A DNA stretch of 64,000 nucleotides from Prochlorococcus sp. AG-355-A18 (GCA_003280985.1 QCDH01000003.1:9591-73590); one strand, 5' to 3'. Shown: positions 53,405 to 62,446, counted from the stretch's first letter. Made by a program: numbers and translations. Notes: generated by a model not told the origin, from the letters alone.

Positions 53405-53965
53405 ATGAGTGCCAAGGATTTAAGTATTAGTGAATATTCATCTTATATAGCTTTTATTACGGGGGGGACAAAGAGTGGCAAAAGTGAATTTGCGGAGCAT
53501 CTTGCAAAGGAGGTAAAAAATTTATCATATGTTGCCTTATCTGAAAACAATTTGGATGATAAAGAATGGCAAGATAAAATTACTCTACATCGAAAAAGAA
53601 GGCCAAAAGATTGGAAATTAATAGAAACGACAGATCTATTAATTACATTAAGGAAAGAAGAAGGTCCATTATTAATAGATTCGATTGGCGGATTTGTTAT
53701 GAAAAGTATTGGCAAGGAACAAAATGAATGGTCAACAAAAATGAATTCACTTATAAGTCTCTTAATGAAAAGAAAAAACATAACAATTATTGTTGGAGAA
53801 CAAGTAGGTTGGAGTCTAGTCTCTGAATATAAAATTGGTAATACATATATTGAAAGAATAGGCGAACTTCAAAAGAGAATAACCAAAATATCAAAAGATA
53901 ATTGGCTGGTAATAAACGGAAGAGCAATCAAAATAGATGAAATAAGTATTGAAATACCTACTTAA
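53405..53965 (+). CDS. cobU: Adenosylcobinamide kinase / cobinamide-phosphate guanylyltransferase
   Basis: ITGGTKSGKSEFAE, HRKRRP, LLIDS, EQVG. Confidence 0.9.
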   Translation: MSAKDLSISEYSSYIAFITGGTKSGKSEFAEHLAKEVKNLSYVALSENNLDDKEWQDKITLHRKRRPKDWKLIETTDLLITLRKEEGPLLIDSIGGFVMKSIGKEQNEWSTKMNSLISLLMKRKNITIIVGEQVGWSLVSEYKIGNTYIERIGELQKRITKISKDNWLVINGRAIKIDEISIEIPT

Positions 53966-53967
53966 AA

Positions 53968-54450
53968 TTGGAAGTCGCTCTTTTTGAACCTAGAATCCCA
54001 CAAAATACTGGTAATATTGCCAGATCATGTGCCGCATTTAATATACCTTTAAATCTTATAGAACCCTTGGGTTTTAAACTAGAAGATAAATATTTAAAAA
54101 GAGCAGGATTAGACTATTGGCCTTTAGTTACTGTTAATAAGTATGAGAATTTTGAAAAATTTTTGATCTCAAAATCAACAAAAAGAATAATTTCTTTTAG
54201 TAAAAAAAATGGATTATACTTAAATGATTTTAAATTTAGGCAGGATGATATTTTGCTATTTGGGAGAGAAGATTCAGGATTACCAAATTCCATTATTAAT
54301 AAAAGCGACTTTTTAATATCAATATTTATGCCGAATTTACAGATTGGAAACAATGATCAAAAAGGTGTTAGAAGTCTAAACCTTTCTGTAGCATGCGGAA
54401 TTGCTATATATGAAGCCCACAAACAAATAAATTTTCAAAATAGTAATTAA
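53968..54450 (+). CDS. trmL: tRNA (cytidine34-2'-O)-methyltransferase, SpoU family
   Basis: EPRIPQNTGNIAR, RAGLDYW, FGREDSGLP, RSLNLS. Confidence 0.93.
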   Translation: MEVALFEPRIPQNTGNIARSCAAFNIPLNLIEPLGFKLEDKYLKRAGLDYWPLVTVNKYENFEKFLISKSTKRIISFSKKNGLYLNDFKFRQDDILLFGREDSGLPNSIINKSDFLISIFMPNLQIGNNDQKGVRSLNLSVACGIAIYEAHKQINFQNSN

Positions 54451-54479
54451 GTACAACCCATGCCTTACAATATTCCCAT

Positions 54480-54553
<74 letters not shown>

Positions 54554-54620
54554 TTTTCAATACTTTTCGATTGAAGAACATAGGTGAAATTTTAATTTAA
54601 CTAAACTATTAAAGATAATT

Positions 54621-54908
54621 ATGTTTAATTCACTCGGGAAAGTCTTAGATCCAAAGAAATCTAAAACAAAATATCCAGAAGCAAGGGTTATAGTTCTAGA
54701 TGACAATTTTAATACTTTTCAGCATGTCGCAAATTGTCTACTAACAATAATCCCAAGCATGAGTGAAAAAAGGGCATGGGATCTAACTATCAAAGTTGAC
54801 AAGACAGGATCAGCGGAGGTTTGGAGAGGTAATCTTGAACAGGCAGAGTTATATCATGAGCAACTCTTCAGAAAAGGATTAACAATGGCTCCAATTGAGA
54901 AAACATGA
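54621..54908 (+). CDS. clpS: Clp protease adaptor ClpS
   Basis: RVIVLDDNFNTFQHVANCL...GSAEVW...EQAELY. Confidence 0.88.
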   Translation: MFNSLGKVLDPKKSKTKYPEARVIVLDDNFNTFQHVANCLLTIIPSMSEKRAWDLTIKVDKTGSAEVWRGNLEQAELYHEQLFRKGLTMAPIEKT

Positions 54909-54919
54909 AATAAGTAAAA

Positions 54920-55171
54920 TTGACAGAAAATTTTTGGCTTATAAATTCGAATCGCTCAAGGGTTAAAAGGTTTTCAAAAAATAATCAAAATAAAGATAAA
55001 TTTTTTGAATATATGTTTATTGACTCTGGAAGAATTCTTGGTGTTTTAGGAAAAGAACCACCTCTAATGACAACCAGAGAAGAACTTAAAGTTGATAAAG
55101 CTAGAGATGAATGGAAAAAGTTAATCATTCAAGGTTGGAGGAGAACCAAACCAGTTTGGGAAGACTCTTAG
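54920..55171 (+). CDS. DUF1651-like protein
   Basis: WLIN...VKRF...FIDSG...PPLM...W..L...GW.R..PVW pattern. Confidence 0.75.
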   Translation: MTENFWLINSNRSRVKRFSKNNQNKDKFFEYMFIDSGRILGVLGKEPPLMTTREELKVDKARDEWKKLIIQGWRRTKPVWEDS

Positions 55172-55299
55172 TAACCAATTTTGTTATTTGGGTTAGTTAT
55201 ATAAATTATGAGATTAAGGACGTAGTTAGCGGGTAAATTTAATGGCTTCAAAAGTAACAAAGCCATTCCTTGAGTAACATTAAATTCTTTATTTTTCAT
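55168..55299 (-). CDS. Putative 43-aa hypothetical protein
   Basis: Manual translation MKNKEFNVTQGMALLLLKPLNLPANYVLNLIIYITNPNNKIGY*; stop overlaps the convergent gene. Confidence 0.3.
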   Translation of the reverse strand: MKNKEFNVTQGMALLLLKPLNLPANYVLNLIIYITNPNNKIGY

Positions 55300-55520
55300 T
55301 AAAAAAAGAAAAGTCTCATTCTAATTATAAAAAGACTGTCAAATATAAACTAAAAATCCTTTAAAAATATATATAAGCATTTATTGATTAAGGATTTTCA
55401 AGATATCTTATATCTAAAAATTAATTTAAAAAAAATTATAGATTTAGTGTTACATGTTATTTTTTTTAAATCCACGTAATAATCTAATAATCCCTAATAT
55501 CTAATAATTACAAATAACCA

Positions 55521-55670
55521 ATGAAAGATCTCATCTCAAGCAAAAGATCCAGAGCTGTATTTGGTATTGGAATAGTTGCTATAAGTATTGGATTAATATC
55601 AAAAAAAGTAATTAATTATCCATGTGGAGGCTATATGAAAGGGACTCAAGAAATAACCTTTAATATCTAG
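55521..55670 (+). CDS. Putative 49-aa single-TM protein
   Basis: Manual translation MKDLISSKRSRAVFGIGIVAISIGLISKKVINYPCGGYMKGTQEITFNI*. Confidence 0.55.
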   Translation: MKDLISSKRSRAVFGIGIVAISIGLISKKVINYPCGGYMKGTQEITFNI

Positions 55671-55693
55671 CCAGTGATCTTCATACTTTTTCC

Positions 55694-56083
55694 TTAATTC
55701 TTAAATCCAGTCAACTTTGATAACTCTTTTAAGGAAAGTACACCTAAAATTAGTTTTCCATTTATTTCCCATGTGGGAAACCCTTTAATTTTTTTATCAA
55801 TGCATAATTGAGTTTGACTGTTTATGCCATCTCTTGCACATTCAACTACATTAAGTTCTCTATAAGCCTGCTTACCAAATAATTCACTTTGATTAAGGCA
55901 ATTAGGACACCAATATGCTGAATATTTAACTACACCATTATCTTTAAGGTATTTTGCCAACTTGATAGATTCCCTACTACTTTCTGAAGTGACTATAAGT
56001 TCTTTCTGATTATACAAATGGGAGCTATTAACAACATTTTTGAAAGTAAGTAAAACTAATAGTGGCATTAATAAGCGTTTCAT
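55694..56083 (-). CDS. Exported thioredoxin-like protein (VKOR/LTO1-type Trx domain)
   Basis: LAKYL...YSAYWCPNC..Q..LFG...VEC...C..KKIKGFPTWEING. Confidence 0.82.
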   Translation of the reverse strand: MKRLLMPLLVLLTFKNVVNSSHLYNQKELIVTSESSRESIKLAKYLKDNGVVKYSAYWCPNCLNQSELFGKQAYRELNVVECARDGINSQTQLCIDKKIKGFPTWEINGKLILGVLSLKELSKLTGFKN

Positions 56084-56232
56084 TTATTTACTACTTTTCC
56101 TCCATATTTTCTAACTATCTTATCAAGCAAAATTCGTATATCTTTATTTTTAAGTTTCTCTATTTGCTGAAGATTTTCAAGAAGATCGCATATTTGATCT
56201 TGTGTATCTTCATTCAATTCACTTACTGCCAT
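56080..56232 (-). CDS. 50-aa hypothetical protein, coupled to the Trx-like gene
   Basis: Manual translation MAVSELNEDTQDQICDLLENLQQIEKLKNKDIRILLDKIVRKYGGKVVNK*; ATGA overlap with the next gene. Confidence 0.65.
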   Translation of the reverse strand: MAVSELNEDTQDQICDLLENLQQIEKLKNKDIRILLDKIVRKYGGKVVNK

Positions 56233-56481
56233 TTATATTTAGATTTTTTATATTCAAATTTTAAATCAAAAGTAAATTTACATACTTATTGTATTTATAT
56301 TTTTTTATTGCTATTTTTTTAAAGCGGGCTAAGGTTCATATCTCCACGAGGATTTAGTCCGCTGAATTTTTAAAGATTCAATTTATTTTGGATCCCTCCT
56401 TAACAAGTTGATTAGAAATATTCAAAAATTATTTTCTTTGCTTAATTTCTAAATTCCATTGAAAAGCATTCTAATATAAAC

Positions 56482-56504
56482 ATAAATAGTGTGACACTAT
56501 TTAT
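56482..56504. promoter_or_regulatory. Perfect 11-1-11 palindrome, core AGTGTGACACT (putative operator)
   Basis: ATAAATAGTGT-G-ACACTATTTAT at the 3' end of the RHH gene. Confidence 0.6.
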
Positions 56505-56866
56505 TCAATAATGTTATTATTTCGCTTCATAATTTTCTTAAAATACTTAAACTCAATAAATTCATGCATCAATTTAATATCATCAGATAATACTTTTTTA
56601 TTAACTGCAAATTCGTCTAAATTAAGTGGAGATTTATTGTTTTCAAAAAATGTTTCGTGATCAAAAGAAAAGTTTATAAAATCCCTATTATCATTTTCAT
56701 TATAACCATAAGATTCATTTAACACACCTCGAGCCCTTAACGCTTCCTCAACCAATAAACCTGTGACTTTTGACTGACTAAACTCATTAGCTTTACACAA
56801 TTTTTCAATGATTTCATGCACTTCCTCACTTGGCAAAAAACCAATTCTTTTCCTCGGAGAGGGCAT
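56501..56866 (-). CDS. CopG-like ribbon-helix-helix protein
   Basis: RKRIGFLPSEEVHEIIEKLCK....SQSKVTGLLVEEALRARG = strand-helix-helix. Confidence 0.8.
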   Translation of the reverse strand: MPSPRKRIGFLPSEEVHEIIEKLCKANEFSQSKVTGLLVEEALRARGVLNESYGYNENDNRDFINFSFDHETFFENNKSPLNLDEFAVNKKVLSDDIKLMHEFIEFKYFKKIMKRNNNIIE

Positions 56867-56880
56867 AATTAAAAAAGATT

Positions 56881-56913
56881 AGTGTCACACTTGCACATTA
56901 TAAGTGTTGCACT
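56881..56913. promoter_or_regulatory. Tandem putative operators AGTGTCACACT (56881-56891) and AGTGTTGCACT (56903-56913)
   Basis: Same palindrome as at 56488; 22 bp apart in the divergent promoter region of the RHH gene. Confidence 0.6.
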
Positions 56914-56942
56914 ATAGTTGATTTAAGTCAACTAATTTTGCT

Positions 56943-57095
56943 ATGCATATTTTATTATTTCCTGTCGGATTTATTCTTTGGTATCTAGCTTATGAAGCAA
57001 AACCTATCATTAATGATGAAGTAACACTTAATTGGGAAGAGAAAAATACAATTAAAAGAACAAAACTTTTAAATATGATCAACGAAAGCTTTTAA
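56943..57095 (+). CDS. 50-aa membrane-anchored hypothetical protein
   Basis: Manual translation MHILLFPVGFILWYLAYEAKPIINDEVTLNWEEKNTIKRTKLLNMINESF*. Confidence 0.65.
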   Translation: MHILLFPVGFILWYLAYEAKPIINDEVTLNWEEKNTIKRTKLLNMINESF

Positions 57096-57271
57096 AATTT
57101 ACTGTTAATCGATTTTGACCAATCCTTGTGCTTATTATCTAGATCTGCGATTAACTGTTTTTGATAAGTAAATTTGAGTTGATTTTCGTTAAGTGATTTT
57201 CTTGTGATAATCATCTCTTTAGAGAAAAAATAAGGAGAGTTAGAACTACTAATTTTTTTTTGAACTTCCAT
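57092..57271 (-). CDS. Putative 59-aa hypothetical protein
   Basis: Manual translation MEVQKKISSSNSPYFFSKEMIITRKSLNENQLKFTYQKQLIADLDNKHKDWSKSINSKF*; 4-nt convergent stop overlap. Confidence 0.5.
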   Translation of the reverse strand: MEVQKKISSSNSPYFFSKEMIITRKSLNENQLKFTYQKQLIADLDNKHKDWSKSINSKF

Positions 57272-57432
57272 ATAATGAATTCATCTATATTTTTTATATG
57301 ACTTAAAAGGTTATAGTCTCAATATTTTTATATTCTTTTTATATTTCCTTCATATGTGTTTTAGCTGGTTTGTAAAAAATATTAGTTTATTAAATAATAA
57401 AGGCTATATTTAAACAAAATATATGTTTTATC

Positions 57433-57606
57433 ATGAATCTAAAGGAAAGAGGGATTACTGTTGGAGATTTACTAATAATATTATTAATAATAATAACCTC
57501 TACAATATTAATTAAATCATTTAGCAAGGATAAGAAAACAACACTTAATTATAGTAATCAAGAGCAAGTTTCTTATAAGAAAAATTACTATCAAAAATTT
57601 ATTTGA
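57433..57606 (+). CDS. 57-aa protein with prepilin-like (class III) N-terminus
   Basis: Manual translation MNLKERG|ITVGDLLIILLIIITSTILIKSFSKDKKTTLNYSNQEQVSYKKNYYQKFI*. Confidence 0.65.
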   Translation: MNLKERGITVGDLLIILLIIITSTILIKSFSKDKKTTLNYSNQEQVSYKKNYYQKFI

Positions 57607-57716
57607 ATAGCTTATGTAAATTATTTATAAAACTCTTAATTAATTCAATTAATTATTAAGTATCTCTTATGTAAATTTCAAGAATTAATAATTATCAAAC
57701 AATGAGTTTATTTATT

Positions 57717-57893
57717 TTAAATATTTTGATGAAATGATTTAGAACTTTCCCATTTCAAATTATCCTTTAAATCATTGATATCATTTGATATTGAAACTAA
57801 ATTAACCATTTGAAGAATTTGACTTTTATTTAGCCTATTAATAACAATAAGTTTATTAAGCATTTCTAAAATAGATTTATCATTAATATTCAT
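57717..57893 (-). CDS. Small hypothetical protein
   Basis: ORF-track frame; ATG 57893 gives MNINDKSILEMLNKLIVINRLNKSQILQMVNL... Confidence 0.55.
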   Translation of the reverse strand: MNINDKSILEMLNKLIVINRLNKSQILQMVNLVSISNDINDLKDNLKWESSKSFHQNI

Positions 57894-58089
57894 TGTTTGT
57901 ATAAAACTATAATCCATCAATTAAATACTTTATCTTATAATTTTTAGATCTTCTCTTAAAATTTAATTATATATTTTATGCTAATCATAAAAAATATTTA
58001 GAAAATCATCAAAAATAAAACTCTTACTTATAAGAAAATATCTTAAGCTCACTTTCTTATAAATTCGTTTATTGTAAAAAGAAAAAAAA

Positions 58090-58260
58090 ATGAAAAAAAA
58101 CTCCAAGAAAGAATACCTTAATAGAGATGAAGTTAATGAAATGATTGAATCAGCTTTAAGGAGACATAATAGAAGATCTACAATAATATCAAGCGTACTT
58201 GGCTGGATTCTAATAGGAGGTTATTCGTTTGGACTTTTTCAAGCAGTTCAAAATGTCTAA
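58090..58260 (+). CDS. 56-aa membrane protein
   Basis: Manual translation MKKNSKKEYLNRDEVNEMIESALRRHNRRSTIISSVLGWILIGGYSFGLFQAVQNV*. Confidence 0.7.
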   Translation: MKKNSKKEYLNRDEVNEMIESALRRHNRRSTIISSVLGWILIGGYSFGLFQAVQNV

Positions 58261-58323
58261 TTAATCTTTTCTTTAAAGTAGAACTTAATAGATGATAAAT
58301 TAATAATAGAATAAGTTTTTATT

Positions 58324-58545
58324 ATGAGGGAATATATTGAAGCAAATCTAATAGTGATAAGAAAATATTTAAAAAAACGAAAGCAGTACACATCAAAATT
58401 AAATAATGCTTCGATAATGGAGGAATTCAAAGAATGGAGCAAAGATCCATTACCTGAGACGGAATCAATTTGGACTTTACCTGACTTAACGAGAAATGAA
58501 AGACTAAAAAATTTTTGTCGCTCAATTAAGAAGGAAATAAGATAA
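58324..58545 (+). CDS. Hypothetical protein
   Basis: 73-aa ORF with ATG start and plausible composition. Confidence 0.6.
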   Translation: MREYIEANLIVIRKYLKKRKQYTSKLNNASIMEEFKEWSKDPLPETESIWTLPDLTRNERLKNFCRSIKKEIR

Positions 58546-58549
58546 GTTT

Positions 58550-58708
58550 TTAACTACCCAGTTCTATATTATTTACCTTTAAGTAAAAATAACCCGCAAA
58601 TCCAACTATATTCAAAATTACAACGAAAATCCAAGCTCCAATTGGCTGATTAGAATCAAATTTTTTTATTTTAATTTTTTCCTTTAGTCTTTCAATATAT
58701 TTAGCCAT
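58550..58708 (-). CDS. 52-aa single-TM hypothetical protein
   Basis: Manual translation MAKYIERLKEKIKIKKFDSNQPIGAWIFVVILNIVGFAGYFYLKVNNIELGS*. Confidence 0.65.
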   Translation of the reverse strand: MAKYIERLKEKIKIKKFDSNQPIGAWIFVVILNIVGFAGYFYLKVNNIELGS

Positions 58709-58919
58709 AATTAAAAAGATTATCCCTAATTATAGAGAGTATAATTTTAAGGAATCTTAAATAAAATAAAATTTCTTTTAATTCGAATTTTTATTGTCAA
58801 GCCTGTTAATGGGATATTTAATTAACTCTTTTTTGAGATTTTTTAAAAGTTTATTGTGATTCAAAATTGTAAATTTCCTAGTAAAGGAATAGTGCCATTT
58901 CATTGAATTAAAAAAAAAC

Positions 58920-58949
58920 TTGCTATTTCATTATTAATAAAATTATAAT
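58920..58949 (+). promoter_or_regulatory. Putative sigma70 promoter of the peroxiredoxin gene
   Basis: TTGCTA-18 nt-TATAAT, 53 nt before the ATG; an AGGA lies upstream of the start. Confidence 0.45.
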
Positions 58950-59002
58950 ATTAATTACGGTCAATCAGACCATACATAATTTAAATAAGGACAAATTTTT
59001 TT

Positions 59003-59587
59003 ATGAGCTTAAGAGTTGGCCAAGAAGCACCAGACTTTAGTGCTACAGCAGTATATGATCAAGAGTTTAAGGAGATTACACTTTCAGGTCTAAAAGGTAA
59101 ATGGGTTGTTCTATTCTTTTACCCACTAGATTTTACATTTGTATGTCCAACTGAAATCACTGCATTTAGTGATAGATACGAAGATTTCTCAGCACTTAAT
59201 ACGGAAATACTTGGGGTATCAGTTGATAGCAAACACTGTCATTTAGCTTGGATACAAACCCCAAGAAATGAAGGTGGTATAGGTGATATTAATTATCCGT
59301 TAGTTTCTGACTTAAAAAGAGAAATTTGTCAGGCTTACAATGTTCTTAATGATGATGGGGAGGCTGATAGAGGCTTATTTCTTATCAATCCCGAAGGTGT
59401 AGTTATGCATACGACTGTTAACAAGGCTCCTGTAGGTAGAAATGTTGATGAAACGCTGAGGATTCTTCAAGGTTATCAATACGTTGCGGCAAACCCTGAT
59501 GAAGTATGTCCAGCAAACTGGACCCCAGGGGAGAAAACAATGTTAGAGGACCCCAAAGGTAGTAAGGAATATTTTTCTGCGCTATAG
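59003..59587 (+). CDS. 2-Cys peroxiredoxin (AhpC/TSA)
   Basis: [13 protein letters not shown] and EVCPANW. Confidence 0.96.
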   Translation: MSLRVGQEAPDFSATAVYDQEFKEITLSGLKGKWVVLFFYPLDFTFVCPTEITAFSDRYEDFSALNTEILGVSVDSKHCHLAWIQTPRNEGGIGDINYPLVSDLKREICQAYNVLNDDGEADRGLFLINPEGVVMHTTVNKAPVGRNVDETLRILQGYQYVAANPDEVCPANWTPGEKTMLEDPKGSKEYFSAL

Positions 59588-59602
59588 AAGAATTAGAAAC
59601 AT

Positions 59603-60355
59603 TTAAGTAAGTATTGAGTAGTAAATAATTATAAAAAAATAAAAAATAATTAAATTCAAAAAGGGGATGACATCACCTTTTTGAGGTTTGGGCACCATCC
59701 AATCGCTCAAATTAGTTTTATATGATAAAAAGGACCACGTATAAAAAGAAATTTCTATGGCGACTAGGATAAAAAGATTAATTAAATTTAAGTCTTTTAA
59801 ACCAAAATATCTATAAATATGAAACTGATCATCAACACTAATATTATTAATTTGAAGATGCCAAAGATAGAGAGAAATCAAAATAAAATTTACCAAAATT
59901 ATTTTTTTTAACAGAAACCTAGATTTCTTAAAAATTAATAAGATAGAAATTAAAAATATAAAAAAACTTAACTCTGGAACATCCGGTTTTGGTACATTTA
60001 ATCCTTCAATAGATAAATTAATTATAAGATCAATATTTATATATATATAATCAGCTATTAAGTAAGAGAGAAATATTAAATTTATTGCTACTAAGGATAA
60101 TAATCTTTTTCCTTTAATTATTTTTATACTATGGATTTTATCCTTAGTAAAATCATAATATGTATAGTTTTTTAAAGAGTTTATAAACACCAAAGTTGGA
60201 CATATTGCTCCGCTCAAATAATAAAGGATTGAATAAAAGGAAATATCATTAATATTGAGTGAATACAAATTAAACCATTGTTTTTGCACAAATGGAAGAA
60301 TAAGTAAAAATGAAAGTGTAACTAATAACTTCGTTGTATTGTTTTTAATTATCAA
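59603..60355 (-). CDS. Multi-pass membrane hypothetical protein
   Basis: 250 aa, several hydrophobic segments; downstream of ftsH. Confidence 0.75.
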   Translation of the reverse strand: MIIKNNTTKLLVTLSFLLILPFVQKQWFNLYSLNINDISFYSILYYLSGAICPTLVFINSLKNYTYYDFTKDKIHSIKIIKGKRLLSLVAINLIFLSYLIADYIYINIDLIINLSIEGLNVPKPDVPELSFFIFLISILLIFKKSRFLLKKIILVNFILISLYLWHLQINNISVDDQFHIYRYFGLKDLNLINLFILVAIEISFYTWSFLSYKTNLSDWMVPKPQKGDVIPFLNLIIFYFFIIIYYSILT

Positions 60356-60388
60356 GAAAATATTTTTTTTTAATTTAAAGCAATTAAA

Positions 60389-62143
60389 TCAAACATTCAA
60401 TAATTTAGAAGTTATTAATTTAAAAACTTTTTTATCTATAGTTTCTTGATTTAAAAGTATATCAACTAATTTATCTAGTAAGATTCTATTTTTTTTCAAT
60501 ATTTTTATTGAATTATTTAATGAAATTTTAGAAATATTTATGATTTCATTATCTATTCTTGAACTGGTATTTTCCGCTATGAGACGCTTTCTTCTAAATA
60601 ATCCATCACCTAAATACATTTCATTATTATCAGAATCCATTGAAATTGGACCAATAATTGAAAATCCATATTTTGTAACCATTTCCCTTACGATATTTGT
60701 TGCATAAGAGATATCATTCATGGAGCATTGTGTAATTTCACCTTCACCAAAAACTATAGTTTCTGCTGCTCTTCCAGCTAGAGCAATTTCAATTTTTGAA
60801 AATAATAATTTTTTTGAAATCAATCCACTAGAAATTACATCTTCGTCAGGGCATATTTTTGTGTATCCTCCTATAAATCCAGATCTAGGTAAAATCGTAA
60901 TTTTATCAACTGATTCAATTCCATTTCTCACAGCAGATACAATTGCTCTACCTACTTCGTTATAAGCAATAATTTTTTTCATATTAGGAGAAGTTATTAA
61001 TGAGCTTCTAAGGCCAATGGTAATTTTATCAAGAGCATTTTCTATATGCAGATCGCTGATTAATTTAGATTCGTCTCTTGCACAGTGAATAGCACTCTCG
61101 TTAATCAAGTTTGCAAGATCTGCTCCCGAAAATCCAACTGTTCTAGAAGCCCAATATCCTAAGTCAACTTCGCTTGAAAGTGGTTTGGAAAGTGAGTGAA
61201 CTGAAAGAATTTTTTTTCTTCCATCTAAATCTGGAAGCATTACTTCAATTTTTCTATCAAATCTACCTGGTCTTAATAATGCTGCATCCAAAATATCTGG
61301 TCTATTTGTTGCTGCTAAAACAATAATCCCAGAATTATCAGCAAAACCATCTAATTCAGTTAGAAGCTGATTAAGGGTTTGTTCTCTTTCATCATTTCCA
61401 CCTCCGATCCCAGAGCCTCTTTGCCTACCAATGGAATCAATTTCATCGATGAAAATTATACAAGGAGATTTTTCTTTAGCCTTAGAAAACAGATCACGAA
61501 CTCGGCTTGCTCCAACACCAACAAAAAGTTCTACAAACTCTGATGCCGATATTGAAAGAAAAGGCACTCCTGATTCACCAGCAATTGCTTTAGCTAATAA
61601 TGTTTTACCTGTTCCTGGTGGGCCTATTAGAAGAACTCCCTTAGGAACTTTTGCTCCAAGATTTTCAAATTTCTTTGGTTCTTTCAAAAATGTTATTACC
61701 TCTTTTAATTCCTCAGCGGCTTCAGGGACGCCAGCTACATCATCGAATCTCGTTTCTACATCATCAATAGTTACAAATTTAGCTTGATTTTTGGTAAACC
61801 CAAAAGCTCTGGAAGCCAATTTTGATGTACTCCTCAAGATTAAGACTATAGCTAATATGAAAATCAGGAAAAGACTTATTGAAGCAAATGAATTAGCAGC
61901 TGAGGCTTCTTTTCTACTATTGTTAATAGTTAGATCTACCTTATTTTCAGTAGCCTTTTCAAGGATTAATTGATCGTTGTAAAGAATAGGTATTTTAAAT
62001 TTATCGCCATTTTTATACAGCACATCAATTTCTCTCTGCCTTGGATAGAAAAATATTGATTCTATTTTCCCCGTCTCTATATCTTCTAGAAGATCCGAAT
62101 AACTTGATTTAGAATCTGAATATGAGAATTTTGATCTAAACAC
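60389..62143 (-). CDS. ftsH: FtsH-family AAA+ protein with degenerate zinc-protease site
   Basis: [29 protein letters not shown] intact; AYNEVGRA in place of AYHExGHA. Confidence 0.93.
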   Translation of the reverse strand: MFRSKFSYSDSKSSYSDLLEDIETGKIESIFFYPRQREIDVLYKNGDKFKIPILYNDQLILEKATENKVDLTINNSRKEASAANSFASISLFLIFILAIVLILRSTSKLASRAFGFTKNQAKFVTIDDVETRFDDVAGVPEAAEELKEVITFLKEPKKFENLGAKVPKGVLLIGPPGTGKTLLAKAIAGESGVPFLSISASEFVELFVGVGASRVRDLFSKAKEKSPCIIFIDEIDSIGRQRGSGIGGGNDEREQTLNQLLTELDGFADNSGIIVLAATNRPDILDAALLRPGRFDRKIEVMLPDLDGRKKILSVHSLSKPLSSEVDLGYWASRTVGFSGADLANLINESAIHCARDESKLISDLHIENALDKITIGLRSSLITSPNMKKIIAYNEVGRAIVSAVRNGIESVDKITILPRSGFIGGYTKICPDEDVISSGLISKKLLFSKIEIALAGRAAETIVFGEGEITQCSMNDISYATNIVREMVTKYGFSIIGPISMDSDNNEMYLGDGLFRRKRLIAENTSSRIDNEIINISKISLNNSIKILKKNRILLDKLVDILLNQETIDKKVFKLITSKLLNV

Positions 62144-62275
62144 TAATCTTTCATAAGTGATTAATAAAGCATATATGCTTATTTAAAAAATTGACGTATA
62201 TAAACAAAATATACTCAAAAGTTTTGGAGATAACCAGTTAAAGGTTATATTATTATATGGAAATAAAGAAACAGA

Positions 62276-62443
62276 ATGGCTGTACCAAAGAAGAAAAAAT
62301 CAAAGAGCAAAAGGAACCAAAGGCACGCTGTTTGGAAAGGAAAAGCAGCAACAGCAGCTCAAAAAGCTATCTCTTTAGGTAAATCAGTTTTAACTGGGAA
62401 AGCTCAAGGATTTGTTTATCCTATTGAAGAAGAAGAAGAGTAG
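62276..62443 (+). CDS. rpmF: 50S ribosomal protein L32 (not in the ORF track)
   Basis: Manual translation [41 protein letters not shown]... Confidence 0.96.
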   Translation: MAVPKKKKSKSKRNQRHAVWKGKAATAAQKAISLGKSVLTGKAQGFVYPIEEEEE

Positions 62444-62446
62444 CTT

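Noticed and set aside
56062-56322. 86-aa plus-strand hydrophobic ORF, and similarly 58257-58442 on the minus strand
   Set aside because: Low-complexity F/I/L/Y products of AT-rich DNA; better ORFs occupy the opposite strand
55323-57321. Partial matches to the 51-bp element (AATTATAAAAAGACT at 55323, TATAGTCTCA near 57312)
   Set aside because: Flanks do not extend the alignment; plausible by chance in AT-rich DNA
58930-58955. PerR/Fur-like box upstream of the peroxiredoxin gene
   Set aside because: Several mismatches to consensus, and all-AT motifs are uninformative in this genome
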